A stretch of DNA of 39,216 nucleotides from a virus (taxonomy: Duplodnaviria > Caudoviricetes). Below are positions 24,958 to 34,989 of the stretch, piece after piece. The DNA lies in IMG/VR virus record IMGVR_UViG_3300042196_000276, positions 1-39,216 of that record, one strand, 5' to 3'. Positions within the stretch are counted from its first letter, which is position 1, and each line of letters begins with the position of its first letter. Below the pieces are notes generated by a model that was not told the origin of the DNA, ran no database searches, and worked only from the letters and a program-made list of their open reading frames with translations. The translations under genes were made by a program, and so were the position numbers.

Positions 24958-26597
24958 TGCCGGTTGAGCTCGTCCGCCCACAGCTGGTGCTCCCCGACCG
25001 CGGCACGCTGCCGTCGAATCCCGGCTGGGTCATGGTGCTGAACGCCGTCCCCTACGGCGAGACGGCATGGATCTTTGATACCAACCTGGCGCCGCGGGCG
25101 GTGCTGACGGACGCCGAGGTGATCGGCGCCCACGTCAACCGCCAGAACGGTACCGGAGGATGGAAGATCTACTTCGGCACCCCGACGCGCCTGGGGGAGA
25201 TCGAGCCCGCGACGTGGACCGAGACGATCCACAACAGCGGCCTCACGGGGGTCGACCCCGACACCGGGTGGCAGTTCTGCGGCTTCGGCTCGAACGAGGT
25301 CGCCGTCGGGGGCCACGGGATCGAGTGCAAGCTCCGCGCCGCGGACGCCGGCACCTTCGGCACCATGATCACCAACGCCGAGCCCGAGCCGCCGGGGCAC
25401 ACCGCCTCGGGCAACTGGCCGCCGAAGGCGAAGTTCTGCGCCGCCTGGGGCGATGTCGTCGTCCTCGCTAACATGACCGACGTCGGGCCGGCGGACGCCT
25501 TCGGCAACACCTGCGGATTCCTGTGGTGGGTCACCGCGGACGACAGCGGAGGCGGCGCGAACGTGCTCGGCACCGTCGACACGCACCCAGGGGTGCAGAC
25601 CACCTTCGGGTACCTGGTCGACGACCACGGCGACATCACCGCCACGGCCGGCGGCGAGAACTTTGGCGCCCTCTTCAAGGCGACGGCTACCTACCGCTCT
25701 GAGTACCGCGCCGGAGACCTGATCGTCGACATCCACAACACTGGCGGCCACCTCGGCACCATCTGGCCGAACAGCGTGCTCGTCGTTGGCGACGAGATCT
25801 TTTTCATGTCGCTCGCCGGCCCCGCGGTCCTCGGGCGCACCGGGGCGCCGGTGCTCCTCGGCGAAGGCCAGATCCTGAGGACGTTGTTCGACGATGACAC
25901 CTGGGTCACCGACGGTTTCACAATCTCGATCACCGACGTCCCGCACCTGTGCTGGGCGACCTACCACCCGACGCAGGACATCGTGACGTGGTACTACCGC
26001 GTCACCTCCGACGAGATGGAGATGGCGATTCACTTTCATCGAAGAACGGGTCGCTTCTCTTTCAGCCAGCGGAGCAACATCTTGACTCCCACGGCGACGA
26101 CCCAGGCCGGGCGCCTACGGGCGACGCTGGTGTCCCCCCGAAGCCACCTGGCGCGCTTTTCGGCGCAGCAGGGCGGGGTCTACTTCGATCTGCTCGGCAA
26201 CGTCTGGGAGGCGGTCATCGACGGGACCTACAAGTGGCAGCACCAGCCACAGTTCCTGACCCCCTACCTCGGGGTGGCCAGGGACGAGAACGGCCACCTG
26301 CTGAAGTACGGCCCCCAGGCGATCATGCCCTATTGGGAGCTGATCGCTGGCGCCAACAGCCGCCCCGACATGCAGGTCACCGTGCTGCAGAAGGCCGAGC
26401 TCGGCTCCAACGAGCTCGTCGCCACCGAGGTCGCCGACGTCATGGACTCCGACGGGCGGATCAAATTTTCCGCTCTCGTCGAGACGCCGTGGGCTCTCTA
26501 CACGATCCTACTCGGCGACGCGAGCGTCACCGACCTCGACAAGGTCGCGAGCTTCGACGGCTTTGACCTGTACTACGACCCGGGGGGGAGGGTCTGA
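24957..26597 (+). CDS. Tail nozzle / packaged-DNA stabilisation protein (beta-propeller, P22 gp10-like)
   Basis: Position, size (546 aa) and the GTIWPNSVLVVGDEIFFMS blade motif. Confidence 0.75.
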   Translation: MPVELVRPQLVLPDRGTLPSNPGWVMVLNAVPYGETAWIFDTNLAPRAVLTDAEVIGAHVNRQNGTGGWKIYFGTPTRLGEIEPATWTETIHNSGLTGVDPDTGWQFCGFGSNEVAVGGHGIECKLRAADAGTFGTMITNAEPEPPGHTASGNWPPKAKFCAAWGDVVVLANMTDVGPADAFGNTCGFLWWVTADDSGGGANVLGTVDTHPGVQTTFGYLVDDHGDITATAGGENFGALFKATATYRSEYRAGDLIVDIHNTGGHLGTIWPNSVLVVGDEIFFMSLAGPAVLGRTGAPVLLGEGQILRTLFDDDTWVTDGFTISITDVPHLCWATYHPTQDIVTWYYRVTSDEMEMAIHFHRRTGRFSFSQRSNILTPTATTQAGRLRATLVSPRSHLARFSAQQGGVYFDLLGNVWEAVIDGTYKWQHQPQFLTPYLGVARDENGHLLKYGPQAIMPYWELIAGANSRPDMQVTVLQKAELGSNELVATEVADVMDSDGRIKFSALVETPWALYTILLGDASVTDLDKVASFDGFDLYYDPGGRV

Positions 26598-27091
26598 TGC
26601 CTACCCCGCTTCTCGCAGTCGGGCTCCCGCTCGACGCCTCGACGCAGCAAATCGTCGAGGCGCTTCGTCAGATGGCACAGCAGCTTCCAATGGAGAAGGA
26701 GTTCGACATCCCCTCGACGACCGTAACAGCAACGTCCTGGACGTCAATCGACTCCTGGGTCCTCGGGTCGGCGCTGACTGAGCGCCAACTCACGATCGAG
26801 GCGTGGCTCAAAGTCACCGCCGACGATGCCGGCGGCGAGGAGATCCACCCTCTGGAGCTCCGGCTGCTGCTCGACAGCACCGCACTCGACAGCGATTGGC
26901 GCTTCGCCCTCCCGGACGCGTCGCTGCTGCGCCCGGCGCCGACGCCGCTCTCGGAGTTCTTCCTCGTGTTCTCGCCGCCGATTCAGACGATCGGCCGCGG
27001 GACGCACACCCTCGAACTACAGGCCCAGACGGGCAGCGGAGGCAGCTGGACGTTCAGTTCGACGTCGCGCATCCGCTATTCCATGAGGTGA
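26597..27091 (+). CDS. Putative tail protein
   Basis: TGATG coupling; beta-sandwich-like pattern (GTHTLELQAQ). Confidence 0.6.
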   Translation: MPTPLLAVGLPLDASTQQIVEALRQMAQQLPMEKEFDIPSTTVTATSWTSIDSWVLGSALTERQLTIEAWLKVTADDAGGEEIHPLELRLLLDSTALDSDWRFALPDASLLRPAPTPLSEFFLVFSPPIQTIGRGTHTLELQAQTGSGGSWTFSSTSRIRYSMR

Positions 27092-27098
27092 AACAGCC

Positions 27099-27818
27099 AT
27101 GCCCTGGTACACCAACCCAGCTTTTCTTGGACTCGTCGCCGGCGGCATCGGCGCTTACCAGGCGGGCCAGTCGAACCGCGGCACCAGCTCCGACAGCTCA
27201 GGATCCCGCGAGCCGTGGGGTCCCGCGCGCCAGGACCTGGTCGACATCCTGGGTCTCGGGCGCGACGTCTTCGAGGACCAGCGCGACTTCCGGCCGCCGC
27301 CAGCGCTGCGCTCAGGGGGAGGCGAGAGTCGCTCGGCGCTGCGCGAGCTCGCGCAAGAGGCCCAGCGGCGAGCGATGGAGTCGGACTTCGTCCCCCGGGC
27401 GCAGGAGATGGCGTTGTCGCTCGCCGGCGGCAACCCGCTGATCAACCGCACCTGGGAGATGGCGTCACAGTTTCGCAGCCCCGATCCCGGACGAGCGATG
27501 GGACACAACTCTGCGCTCCAGGAGCTGCTCGGCAACCTGATGGCCGGGCAGACGACGCTCGGGCAACCGCCGTTCGGTGCCGGTGGGCTGAAACCGCCGC
27601 CACGACTCCCACCGCTCGGCGGCGGCCCGCCATCGCTACCCGCTCCACCGTCGGGCAAGCCACCCGGCTCCGCACTCGCTCTGCTGGCGCAGCTGCGAGG
27701 CAGCGGAGGCGGTGTTCCGTCCCTACCGGCGCCGCCGAACATCCCGCCGATTTCCGACCCCTACATCCCCGACTCCGTACCCAAAGCGATGGAGTCGCGT
27801 CGCTTCACCGCTTTGTAG
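27099..27818 (+). CDS. Putative DNA ejection/pilot protein 1
   Basis: Gly-rich hydrophobic N-terminus, EPWGPARQDL motif and a Pro-rich C-terminus. Confidence 0.65.
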   Translation: MPWYTNPAFLGLVAGGIGAYQAGQSNRGTSSDSSGSREPWGPARQDLVDILGLGRDVFEDQRDFRPPPALRSGGGESRSALRELAQEAQRRAMESDFVPRAQEMALSLAGGNPLINRTWEMASQFRSPDPGRAMGHNSALQELLGNLMAGQTTLGQPPFGAGGLKPPPRLPPLGGGPPSLPAPPSGKPPGSALALLAQLRGSGGGVPSLPAPPNIPPISDPYIPDSVPKAMESRRFTAL

Positions 27819-27827
27819 GAGACCGCC

Positions 27828-28766
27828 ATGCCGTACATGAACAACCAGCAGCTCGCCCAGATGGCGCAGGGAAGCGGCCGTACCCTCGACCAGGTGCTCG
27901 CACACTTCGGCCTGGGGAGCGGCAACCAGACCGTGCAGCCGGCCGGCCCTCCAGGGCAGACCGGCGGCAGGCCCACGGTCAAGCCGCAGCCTGCGCCCTC
28001 ACCGCCGTTCAACCCCAATCCCCCGCCTGCGCCCTCACCGCCGTTCAACCCCCCACCGCCAGGCAAGCAGCCGACCGTGCCGGGCGCAGGCCCGCTCTCT
28101 CCTACGGCGCCGGGTTCGAGCAGCGGCGGCGCGCCGACGAAGCCGGCTCAGCCTTCCCCGGCTCAGCCCGCGGCGCCACCGTCCGACCCGATGCTGGTCA
28201 CGCGCGGCGGCAAGACGTACCAGCGCGGAGTCTCTGGCAAGGGGAACCCGATCCTCACCGCCCACGGACCGAACTACCGGCCGCCGGCGGCGGCGCCGGC
28301 CGCGCCCGGCCCCAGCGCCGAAGCGTTGGCTCTCCAGCAGGCGCGGGGGGGAATGACGGCTACTCCGGCCGCGCCCGGCCCCAGCGCCGTAGCGTTGGCT
28401 CTCCAGCAGGCGCGTGGGGGAATGACGGCGGCGCCCGGCCCCAGCGCCGAAGCGTTGGCTCTCCAGCAGGCGCGTGGGGGAATGACGGCTACTCCGGCCG
28501 CGCCCGGCGTTCCCTACCCGCTACCGGGCATGTCTTCGCCTGGGACTCTCTCGCCGCCGACGATGCCGGTTCAGCCTCTGGGCGTGGCGGGGCAGACCAG
28601 CGGCCCGGTGACGGCACCTGGTGGCCTCGCTGCGCCGCGGCCCGCGAAGCCGGCAGCGCCGGTGATCGCCGACCCGCGGCTGAGCGTACCGTTCCCGATG
28701 CCGTCCCCGGCGCAGAACGCTCCGCCGCCGATCAGCGATCCGTACTTCCGGCCCCAGGTGAGGTAG
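27828..28766 (+). CDS. Pro/Ala-rich disordered protein with internal repeats (internal virion candidate)
   Basis: AGGAG RBS; PAPSPPFNP x2; APGPSAxALALQQARGGMTA x3. Confidence 0.65.
   Translation: MPYMNNQQLAQMAQGSGRTLDQVLAHFGLGSGNQTVQPAGPPGQTGGRPTVKPQPAPSPPFNPNPPPAPSPPFNPPPPGKQPTVPGAGPLSPTAPGSSSGGAPTKPAQPSPAQPAAPPSDPMLVTRGGKTYQRGVSGKGNPILTAHGPNYRPPAAAPAAPGPSAEALALQQARGGMTATPAAPGPSAVALALQQARGGMTAAPGPSAEALALQQARGGMTATPAAPGVPYPLPGMSSPGTLSPPTMPVQPLGVAGQTSGPVTAPGGLAAPRPAKPAAPVIADPRLSVPFPMPSPAQNAPPPISDPYFRPQVR
28296..28508. repeat. Three near-identical 60-69-bp tandem repeats
   Basis: GCGCCCGGCCCCAGCGCCG(A/T)AGCGTTGGCTCTCCAGCAGGCGCG occurs three times. Confidence 0.85.
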
Positions 28767-28770
28767 CGCC

Positions 28771-30156
28771 ATGCCCCCTCCGCCCACCACCACCAACCCG
28801 AGCTGGCAGCAGTATGCCGGGCGGGTTCTCGGCGACGAGTTTCTCGACGCCGAGAACCCGCACTTTCAGGGCGCCGTCGTCGAGCCGTTGCGTCGCGAGT
28901 CGCAACGCAACCTGGCGCTCGAACGCCAGCGCCTGAACCAGGCCGCCGGCGGCGCCGGGCGCTTCGGCGGCGACGTCTGGTCCTCGCAATTCGGCCGGGC
29001 CGGCGAGCTGTCCGACCGCAACTTCAACGAAGTGGTGTCGTCGAGGGCGCTCGAACAGTACGCCCTCGAACGCCAGCTCCAGAACCAGATGGCGCAGACG
29101 GGTGCCGGCTACGAGCAGGGCATCCGCACCGCTCAGATCGGCGCCGACGCCGCCCGTCAAACCGCCTCGACCAGCGCCAACGCGGGAATCCGCCAGGCCG
29201 AGATCAATGCCGAGCTCCAGCGCGAGCTCCTGGCCGAGCAGCTCGGCTTCTCGCGCGAGGAGCTCGCCGAAACCTTCGGTTTCGCCCGCCAGGGCCTCGC
29301 CGCCGACATCGCCCGCATCCAGGGCGAACAGGGCCTCGATTGGGCAGCTCTGGAGCAGCAAGGCGGGCTTTCGGCCTTGCAGCTCATGGCCGGGCTCGCC
29401 GGCGAAGGCGGCCAACAGCAACTCGCCGCGCTCGGCCTGGTGCCAGGCCTCGAGGCCTCCGGCTACACCGGCCTGACCACCGCCGGCAGCATGTTCTCGG
29501 ACCTCGGCCGTCAGGAAGCCGCGGCGGCTGGCACCGCCAACCAGAACGCGATGAATCAGTGGAACTACGAGCGCAATAACGAGCAGCAGGCCCTGCTCGA
29601 CTGGCTCGGCATCGCGCTACCGATCTCCGGCGCCGGCGGCTCCTCTACCGGCACCGGCTCTCAGTCGGGACCGCAGACCGACCCGCTCGCCGCCGGGATC
29701 TCCCAGGGGCTCAGCGGCTACCTTCAGGCGCGGGACTTGTTCGGCGGCGGGGCTTCGAGCGCCGCCGGCGGGGCTTCGAGCGCCGCCGGCGGGGTCGGCG
29801 CCGCGGGACCGGTGTCGACCGCGTCTCCGGGGAACCCTTTTGCCGGCGTCGGGTACGACCCGGCGACCGGGCCGGCGGGTAGCCCCGCCGCCGGCCAGTC
29901 AGGAGGCGGGGCTTCTGCCGGCAGCGGCGGCGGGCTGAGCTTCGGTGGTGACAGCACGCCGGGAGGCGCACAGGCCACAGCGAGAGGAATGCCGAGCAAC
30001 GACCCGGCCGGTGAGATCTCCGAAACCATCGGCGGCCTCGCGCGGCTTGGCCAGCCCGGCTACTACTACCTGCCGTCCGGCGACACGTCGGCCCCGCAGA
30101 TGGGGCCGTGGTGGCTCATCAACGACCCTTACGTCCAGAATCGAGGAGGCTGGTAG
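28771..30156 (+). CDS. Putative DNA ejection protein 2
   Basis: Gln/Ala/Gly-rich helical protein with NPHF and AGRFGG motifs, typical of podovirus injection proteins. Confidence 0.7.
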   Translation: MPPPPTTTNPSWQQYAGRVLGDEFLDAENPHFQGAVVEPLRRESQRNLALERQRLNQAAGGAGRFGGDVWSSQFGRAGELSDRNFNEVVSSRALEQYALERQLQNQMAQTGAGYEQGIRTAQIGADAARQTASTSANAGIRQAEINAELQRELLAEQLGFSREELAETFGFARQGLAADIARIQGEQGLDWAALEQQGGLSALQLMAGLAGEGGQQQLAALGLVPGLEASGYTGLTTAGSMFSDLGRQEAAAAGTANQNAMNQWNYERNNEQQALLDWLGIALPISGAGGSSTGTGSQSGPQTDPLAAGISQGLSGYLQARDLFGGGASSAAGGASSAAGGVGAAGPVSTASPGNPFAGVGYDPATGPAGSPAAGQSGGGASAGSGGGLSFGGDSTPGGAQATARGMPSNDPAGEISETIGGLARLGQPGYYYLPSGDTSAPQMGPWWLINDPYVQNRGGW

Positions 30157-31137
30157 ATGCCCCCGCACAATCGGACTTTCGACCTCCAGAACGCTTCGAC
30201 CGACAGCGGCGGTTTGACGCCCAATCGCTTCGGCCTCTTCGGCGCCGCCAGCGCCCTGGAGCAGTTCCCCCACGGGCAGAACCCGATCCTCGCCTACCTT
30301 TCCGCTCGCCAACAGTACGAGCTCTACGAGCAGGAACGGCTGCGCAAGGAAGAGAAAGAGCGCCGCGAACACAAGGATGAAGAGGAGCGGACGGCCTACG
30401 AGCGGCAGCTCTCCGCCGCCCGCTTCGCCGACAACCCGGAGATCGCCGCGGCGCTCGGGCTCGACCCCGCGCTCGTCGACCGGCTGAAGGCCCAGCGCGA
30501 GGTGGAGAAGGCGGAGAAGGAGCGCTCGTCGGCCGGAGTTTTGCGGGCTCTTCTCGGCGAAGACGTCGACCTTGCTCAGCTCTCCCCCGACGACCAGATC
30601 CGCATCGCCCAGATTATGCGCGAGGAGCGCGAAAGCGAGGACGAACGGGAGGAGCGGCGACACTACTTCAACTACGAGTTCAAGGCTCGCCGCCAAGCTG
30701 CCCAGGAAGACTTCGAGCGGCAGCAGCGCGCTCTCGACCGCAGGGCCGCGCGAGACATTGTAGCCGAGCGCAACAAGCCGGACGCGTCCACCGAAGCCCC
30801 GAAGCAGGCCGTCTACAGCGCCATCAAGGCCGAGGCTGACTTGCTCTTCCTCCGGCAGTTCGGGCGCGATCCGGAGGACGGCATGACCGGAGAAGAGCAG
30901 GCCGCCTACCTCCGGCTGCTCGACGCCACGGCGTCAAAGCGAGGCGTGGACCTCAGCGCCGCTCTCGGTGGCGGTGGCGGTGAAGAACCGCCGCCGCAAT
31001 CCAGGGACCAGCTGGTGTCCAGGCTTCGGGCGGCCGGGGCGCCACCGCAGGTTATCGAGAACGCCCGTCGGGAGCTTGCCGCAGGCCGCAGCGTCGAGGA
31101 CGTGTGGGCGCTCTTCATCGCCGGGCCCGGAGGGTAG
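30157..31137 (+). CDS. Putative ejection/internal virion protein 3
   Basis: GAGGAGG RBS; charged coiled coil; precedes the large ejection protein. Confidence 0.65.
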   Translation: MPPHNRTFDLQNASTDSGGLTPNRFGLFGAASALEQFPHGQNPILAYLSARQQYELYEQERLRKEEKERREHKDEEERTAYERQLSAARFADNPEIAAALGLDPALVDRLKAQREVEKAEKERSSAGVLRALLGEDVDLAQLSPDDQIRIAQIMREERESEDEREERRHYFNYEFKARRQAAQEDFERQQRALDRRAARDIVAERNKPDASTEAPKQAVYSAIKAEADLLFLRQFGRDPEDGMTGEEQAAYLRLLDATASKRGVDLSAALGGGGGEEPPPQSRDQLVSRLRAAGAPPQVIENARRELAAGRSVEDVWALFIAGPGG

Positions 31138-31140
31138 GCG

Positions 31141-34100
31141 GTGCCCAACCCCCTTTGGGAAGGTGTCAGTCAGCCGAGAAACCCCCTTTGGGAGGGCCTT
31201 TCCGAGCCTGAGAGCATCGGGCTAGGCAGCCGCGCGTGGAGATCTTTTCTGTCTTCCGCGGCGACAATCCCCGGAGTCGCCGCCGAGGGCCTCCAGACGC
31301 TCTCCGAGGTGTCCCGCTTCTTCAACCCCGGGCAGTGGATCCCTGGCATGCAGGGTCACATGCGCGAGAGCTTCGACCGGTTCGACGAGTTCCTGGACCC
31401 GTTGGAACAGCGCGCCAGGGAGATCGCCCCGCCGCCCGGCGAGACGTTCGTCGAGAAAGCCGTCGGAACGGTCGCCGGAGCCGTGCCGCAACTCGCCGTC
31501 ACCGTCGGAAGCGCGCTGGCCACCGGCGGCGCCACAGCCCCGGCGGCGATCGGCGGCCTGCTCGCCGCCGGCAGCAGCCGCCAGGAGGCCGAAGCCCGCG
31601 GCGTCGACCCGACGACGACGACGCTCAAGAGCGTGTTTTCCGGGATCGGCGGCGGAGCGCTCGAAGCGGTCGGCGCCGGCGCCGTCGCCCGACTCTTCCG
31701 GCAGGTGCCGACGTCGCTGCTGCGGCGCACCGGGGAGGCGATGATCGCGGAGGGAGCGACCGAAGTCGGCCAGGAGCTCCTCGAGATGACGCTCGAGCGG
31801 TCGACCGGCAGCGAGACCGCTTTCGACAATGCCGGTGAGCGCTTGGCGCTCGCCGGTATCGCCGGCACCGTTCTCGGCGGCGCCGCGGCGGGGCCCGCAG
31901 CGCTCTTCCACCGCGCCTCGCCGCCGCCGGCACCGCTTTCCCCCGAGGAGACGGCGCTCTTCGACGACGTCATCAACCCAAGTTACGAGCAGTTCCACAC
32001 CCCGAAGCCAGTTGAGCAGGAGGGTCTCGCGGAGCGCGTCCGGCAAGGCCTGCGGCGGGCGAACTACGAGATTCTGAATCAGGAAGGGCCGATCGAGGAG
32101 CTCGCCGTCAAACTCAAGAAGGAAGGGCTCGGTGAAGAGGCCGCGCAGCGCATCACGGAGCTCTACACCGGGATCGCGTCGAAGCGTGGCATGGGGTCGG
32201 TGGCGACCGCGGCCATCACCCAGCGGCCCTACACCGTCGACCCGTCCAACAACCGGAGCACAGTGCTGATCACCCAGGTCGACATGGGGCCCGGCGGCGT
32301 CGTACAGCGCCCCGAAGGTTTCCGCTCGCCGCTCGAAATCCTCTCCCCCTACGGCAACGATCCGCAGCGTCTGCGCGGGCTCTCGGAGTTCCTGGCGCAC
32401 CAGCGCAACTCGACGGACCTGCTACGGCGCGGCAAGGTGACGCCGGCGCAGGCCGCGGCGAGCCAGCAAGTGGTCGACGCCATCCGCACCCAAACCCCGG
32501 ACCTCTACCAGCGCTACATCGACGACGCCCAGGCCCTGCGCGAGTGGTCGGTACTGGCGATCCTGGACCCGCTCGTCGACGTGGGCCGCATCACCGCGGA
32601 TCAGAAAGCGCGGGTCCTCGCCGAGAACCCGCACTACGCGCCGTTCTTCCGGCTCGAACCCGGCGGCGTCGAGGCGGTCGGCGCCGACACCGCTTCGCTG
32701 AAGCGCATCGAAGGCGGCCTCGACCCCGACAACCCGAGCATCGACCCGATCGAGGGCTTCGTCCAGAAGGCGATGAGCGTCACCTCCTGGGTGACGCGCC
32801 AGCGGCTGCGCAACACGATCGGCGCCGTCGGCGTCGAGTTCGCCGACGTCTTCCCTGACCTTGCCCCCGTGCCGCCGGCGATCGAGCGCGTCGCGACTCA
32901 GGAGGTTCCGGTCCTCGAAGACGAAGCCGGTCAGCGTCTGAAGCCGTCACAGCTCGCCAAGGCCGAGGGGCTGCTTCGTGACACCGGCGAGACCGATCTG
33001 GAGAACGTCTACCGGCCGCGCCGCGACCGGCCGCCCAACACCTTCCAGGTGTGGAAGGACGGCAAGCCCGTCAACTTCACCGCCGACAAGCTGCTGCTCT
33101 CGGCGATCGAGCGTTTGTCACCCCAAGAGCTCGCCTGGGGGTGGAAGCTGCTGCGTCCGGCCGCGGCCATGCTTCGCGCCGGCGCCACCTCGACGCCGGA
33201 GTTCATACTGACCAACATGCTGTTTCGCGACACGGTCGCTTCGGCGGTCTTCGCCAAGGGCGGTTTCGTGCCGTTCTGGGACACGGCGATCGGCATCGCC
33301 GAAGCCCTGAAGCGCGGGCCGCTGCTCGACGAGATGGCGCGCTCTGGCGGCTTGATCTCCAACCTGGTCGACGTCGACCGCGACTTCTACGTCCACGACG
33401 TCCAGGACCTGTTGGCCTACGACAAGTCGAAGAACTTCCTGCAACGCGAGCTCGGGCACTTCAGGGCTGCGCTCAAGAAGCCCGGGCGCAGCGTCCTGAA
33501 GTACAAGAAGGGTCAGTCGTCGCTCCTCGATCTGGTGACCGACATGCCGACGGACTTGGTGAACATCGTTCTGCACCCCCTCCAGAGGCTCTCAGCGGTC
33601 GCAGAAATGGCGAACCGCCTCGGCGCGGCCAAGAGGGCGGCCGAGGGCTCGCGTGTCCTGGGGCCGATCTCAGAGCGTCTGGCAGGCGTTGTGGGCGAGA
33701 AGTGGGCGCCACGGTTCCGTACCGAGGGCCTCGGCGTCGAGGGCGTCCTCGAAGCGATGCGCGAGCCGTCGATCGATTTCGGACGTATGGGGGCCTGGGG
33801 ATCTCGCGTGAACAGCGTCGAGGCGTTCGCCAACGCCAACCTCCAGGACGTCTCGAAGTACGCCAGGGCGCTCAAAGCCGCCCCGGGACACACGTTGCTG
33901 GCGTCGACCGTCATGGTAACGATCCCCGCAATCGTCAATTGGCTCGCCAACAAGGATGACGAGCGGCACGCGGAGCGCTCCATGCTGGAGAAGACGCTCT
34001 ACTACCACGACCCTGGCGTCCTGAACGAGCACGGCGAGAGTCTGCGGTTCCCGCGGCCGATCGGCGTCTTCAACTTCCTCCACGGCGTCCTGGTCGAGAA

Positions 34101-34989
34101 GCTCCTCGACAAGTTCTACGAGAGGGATCCGTCGATCAAGGAAGAGCTCTTCGAGGCCCTGCAACGCGATACGCCGGCCGGCATGGTGTGGCCGCCGACA
34201 AACATGATCCCGACCGCCCTTCAGAGCCCCTTCGAGGCCTTCGGCTCCGAGCAGGGCTACGACAGCTTTCGCGATCGCCCCCTGGTCAACCAGGGGATGA
34301 TGCGCCGTGCTCCGGAGCTGCGCTACTCCGAGTGGACGTCGGAGACGATGAAGCAGCTCGGCGAGTTGACCGGCGTCGCTCCGGTCAAGCTGGAGCACGT
34401 CTACCGCAACTGGACCGGCACCGCCGGGCGGTGGCTGACCGACGCCGTCGACGCCACCGTCTTCGGCGAGCAGCCCGGCGAGCGCCCCCCGGGCATCGTC
34501 GGCCAGGCGCCCTTCGCCCTGCGGGGCATCGCCCGCCGCTTCATCTCCGCAGCGCCGGCGGGCCCGGGGAGCCGGCCGGTCTCGGACTTCTACACCTTCA
34601 CCAGGAAGGCCGAAGAGCAGCGCCAGAGCATGAAGTTCGAGCTCGACCGTGGAGCCGCGCGAGATGCCCTTGCGGAGAAGTACCCGCTCGCGCTCTACTC
34701 ACGAGGCCTTTCCCGCGCCGCCCGGAACATGAGCGAGATCTCGAAGGATCGGGCAGTAGCCGTCGAGGATGGCGACTTCGACGAAGTCAAGCGCCTCGAC
34801 CGCCTGATGACCGAAGAGGCGCAGCGCCAGCTCGAGCGCGCCGGCGTCTACCGCTCCCGGAAAAAGCCGGAGCTCGACGCCGCGGTAGAGAAACAGCTCG
34901 CCGCCTGGATCAGGGTTCACCCCGACGCGGCGCCGTGGGAGCGCATCGCGGCTCGGAAGCGGATTCTCTCGGAGCTGTCCGAAAGATAG
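31141..34989 (+). CDS. Large ejection/polyvalent protein with a C-terminal LPD38-type domain
   Basis: 1282 aa. N-terminal NPLWEG x2; Gly/Ala membrane-like region with EGATEVGQE; C-terminal RFPRP...DSFRDRPLV...TSETMKQLG...PVKLEHVYRNWTG. Confidence 0.8.
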   Translation: MPNPLWEGVSQPRNPLWEGLSEPESIGLGSRAWRSFLSSAATIPGVAAEGLQTLSEVSRFFNPGQWIPGMQGHMRESFDRFDEFLDPLEQRAREIAPPPGETFVEKAVGTVAGAVPQLAVTVGSALATGGATAPAAIGGLLAAGSSRQEAEARGVDPTTTTLKSVFSGIGGGALEAVGAGAVARLFRQVPTSLLRRTGEAMIAEGATEVGQELLEMTLERSTGSETAFDNAGERLALAGIAGTVLGGAAAGPAALFHRASPPPAPLSPEETALFDDVINPSYEQFHTPKPVEQEGLAERVRQGLRRANYEILNQEGPIEELAVKLKKEGLGEEAAQRITELYTGIASKRGMGSVATAAITQRPYTVDPSNNRSTVLITQVDMGPGGVVQRPEGFRSPLEILSPYGNDPQRLRGLSEFLAHQRNSTDLLRRGKVTPAQAAASQQVVDAIRTQTPDLYQRYIDDAQALREWSVLAILDPLVDVGRITADQKARVLAENPHYAPFFRLEPGGVEAVGADTASLKRIEGGLDPDNPSIDPIEGFVQKAMSVTSWVTRQRLRNTIGAVGVEFADVFPDLAPVPPAIERVATQEVPVLEDEAGQRLKPSQLAKAEGLLRDTGETDLENVYRPRRDRPPNTFQVWKDGKPVNFTADKLLLSAIERLSPQELAWGWKLLRPAAAMLRAGATSTPEFILTNMLFRDTVASAVFAKGGFVPFWDTAIGIAEALKRGPLLDEMARSGGLISNLVDVDRDFYVHDVQDLLAYDKSKNFLQRELGHFRAALKKPGRSVLKYKKGQSSLLDLVTDMPTDLVNIVLHPLQRLSAVAEMANRLGAAKRAAEGSRVLGPISERLAGVVGEKWAPRFRTEGLGVEGVLEAMREPSIDFGRMGAWGSRVNSVEAFANANLQDVSKYARALKAAPGHTLLASTVMVTIPAIVNWLANKDDERHAERSMLEKTLYYHDPGVLNEHGESLRFPRPIGVFNFLHGVLVEKLLDKFYERDPSIKEELFEALQRDTPAGMVWPPTNMIPTALQSPFEAFGSEQGYDSFRDRPLVNQGMMRRAPELRYSEWTSETMKQLGELTGVAPVKLEHVYRNWTGTAGRWLTDAVDATVFGEQPGERPPGIVGQAPFALRGIARRFISAAPAGPGSRPVSDFYTFTRKAEEQRQSMKFELDRGAARDALAEKYPLALYSRGLSRAARNMSEISKDRAVAVEDGDFDEVKRLDRLMTEEAQRQLERAGVYRSRKKPELDAAVEKQLAAWIRVHPDAAPWERIAARKRILSELSER

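Noticed and set aside
27215-28936. 573-aa alternative-frame ORF over the Pro-rich genes
   Set aside because: It has low-complexity Arg/Ala/Gly composition typical of GC-rich off-frames, and the in-frame genes have RBSs and a shared motif.
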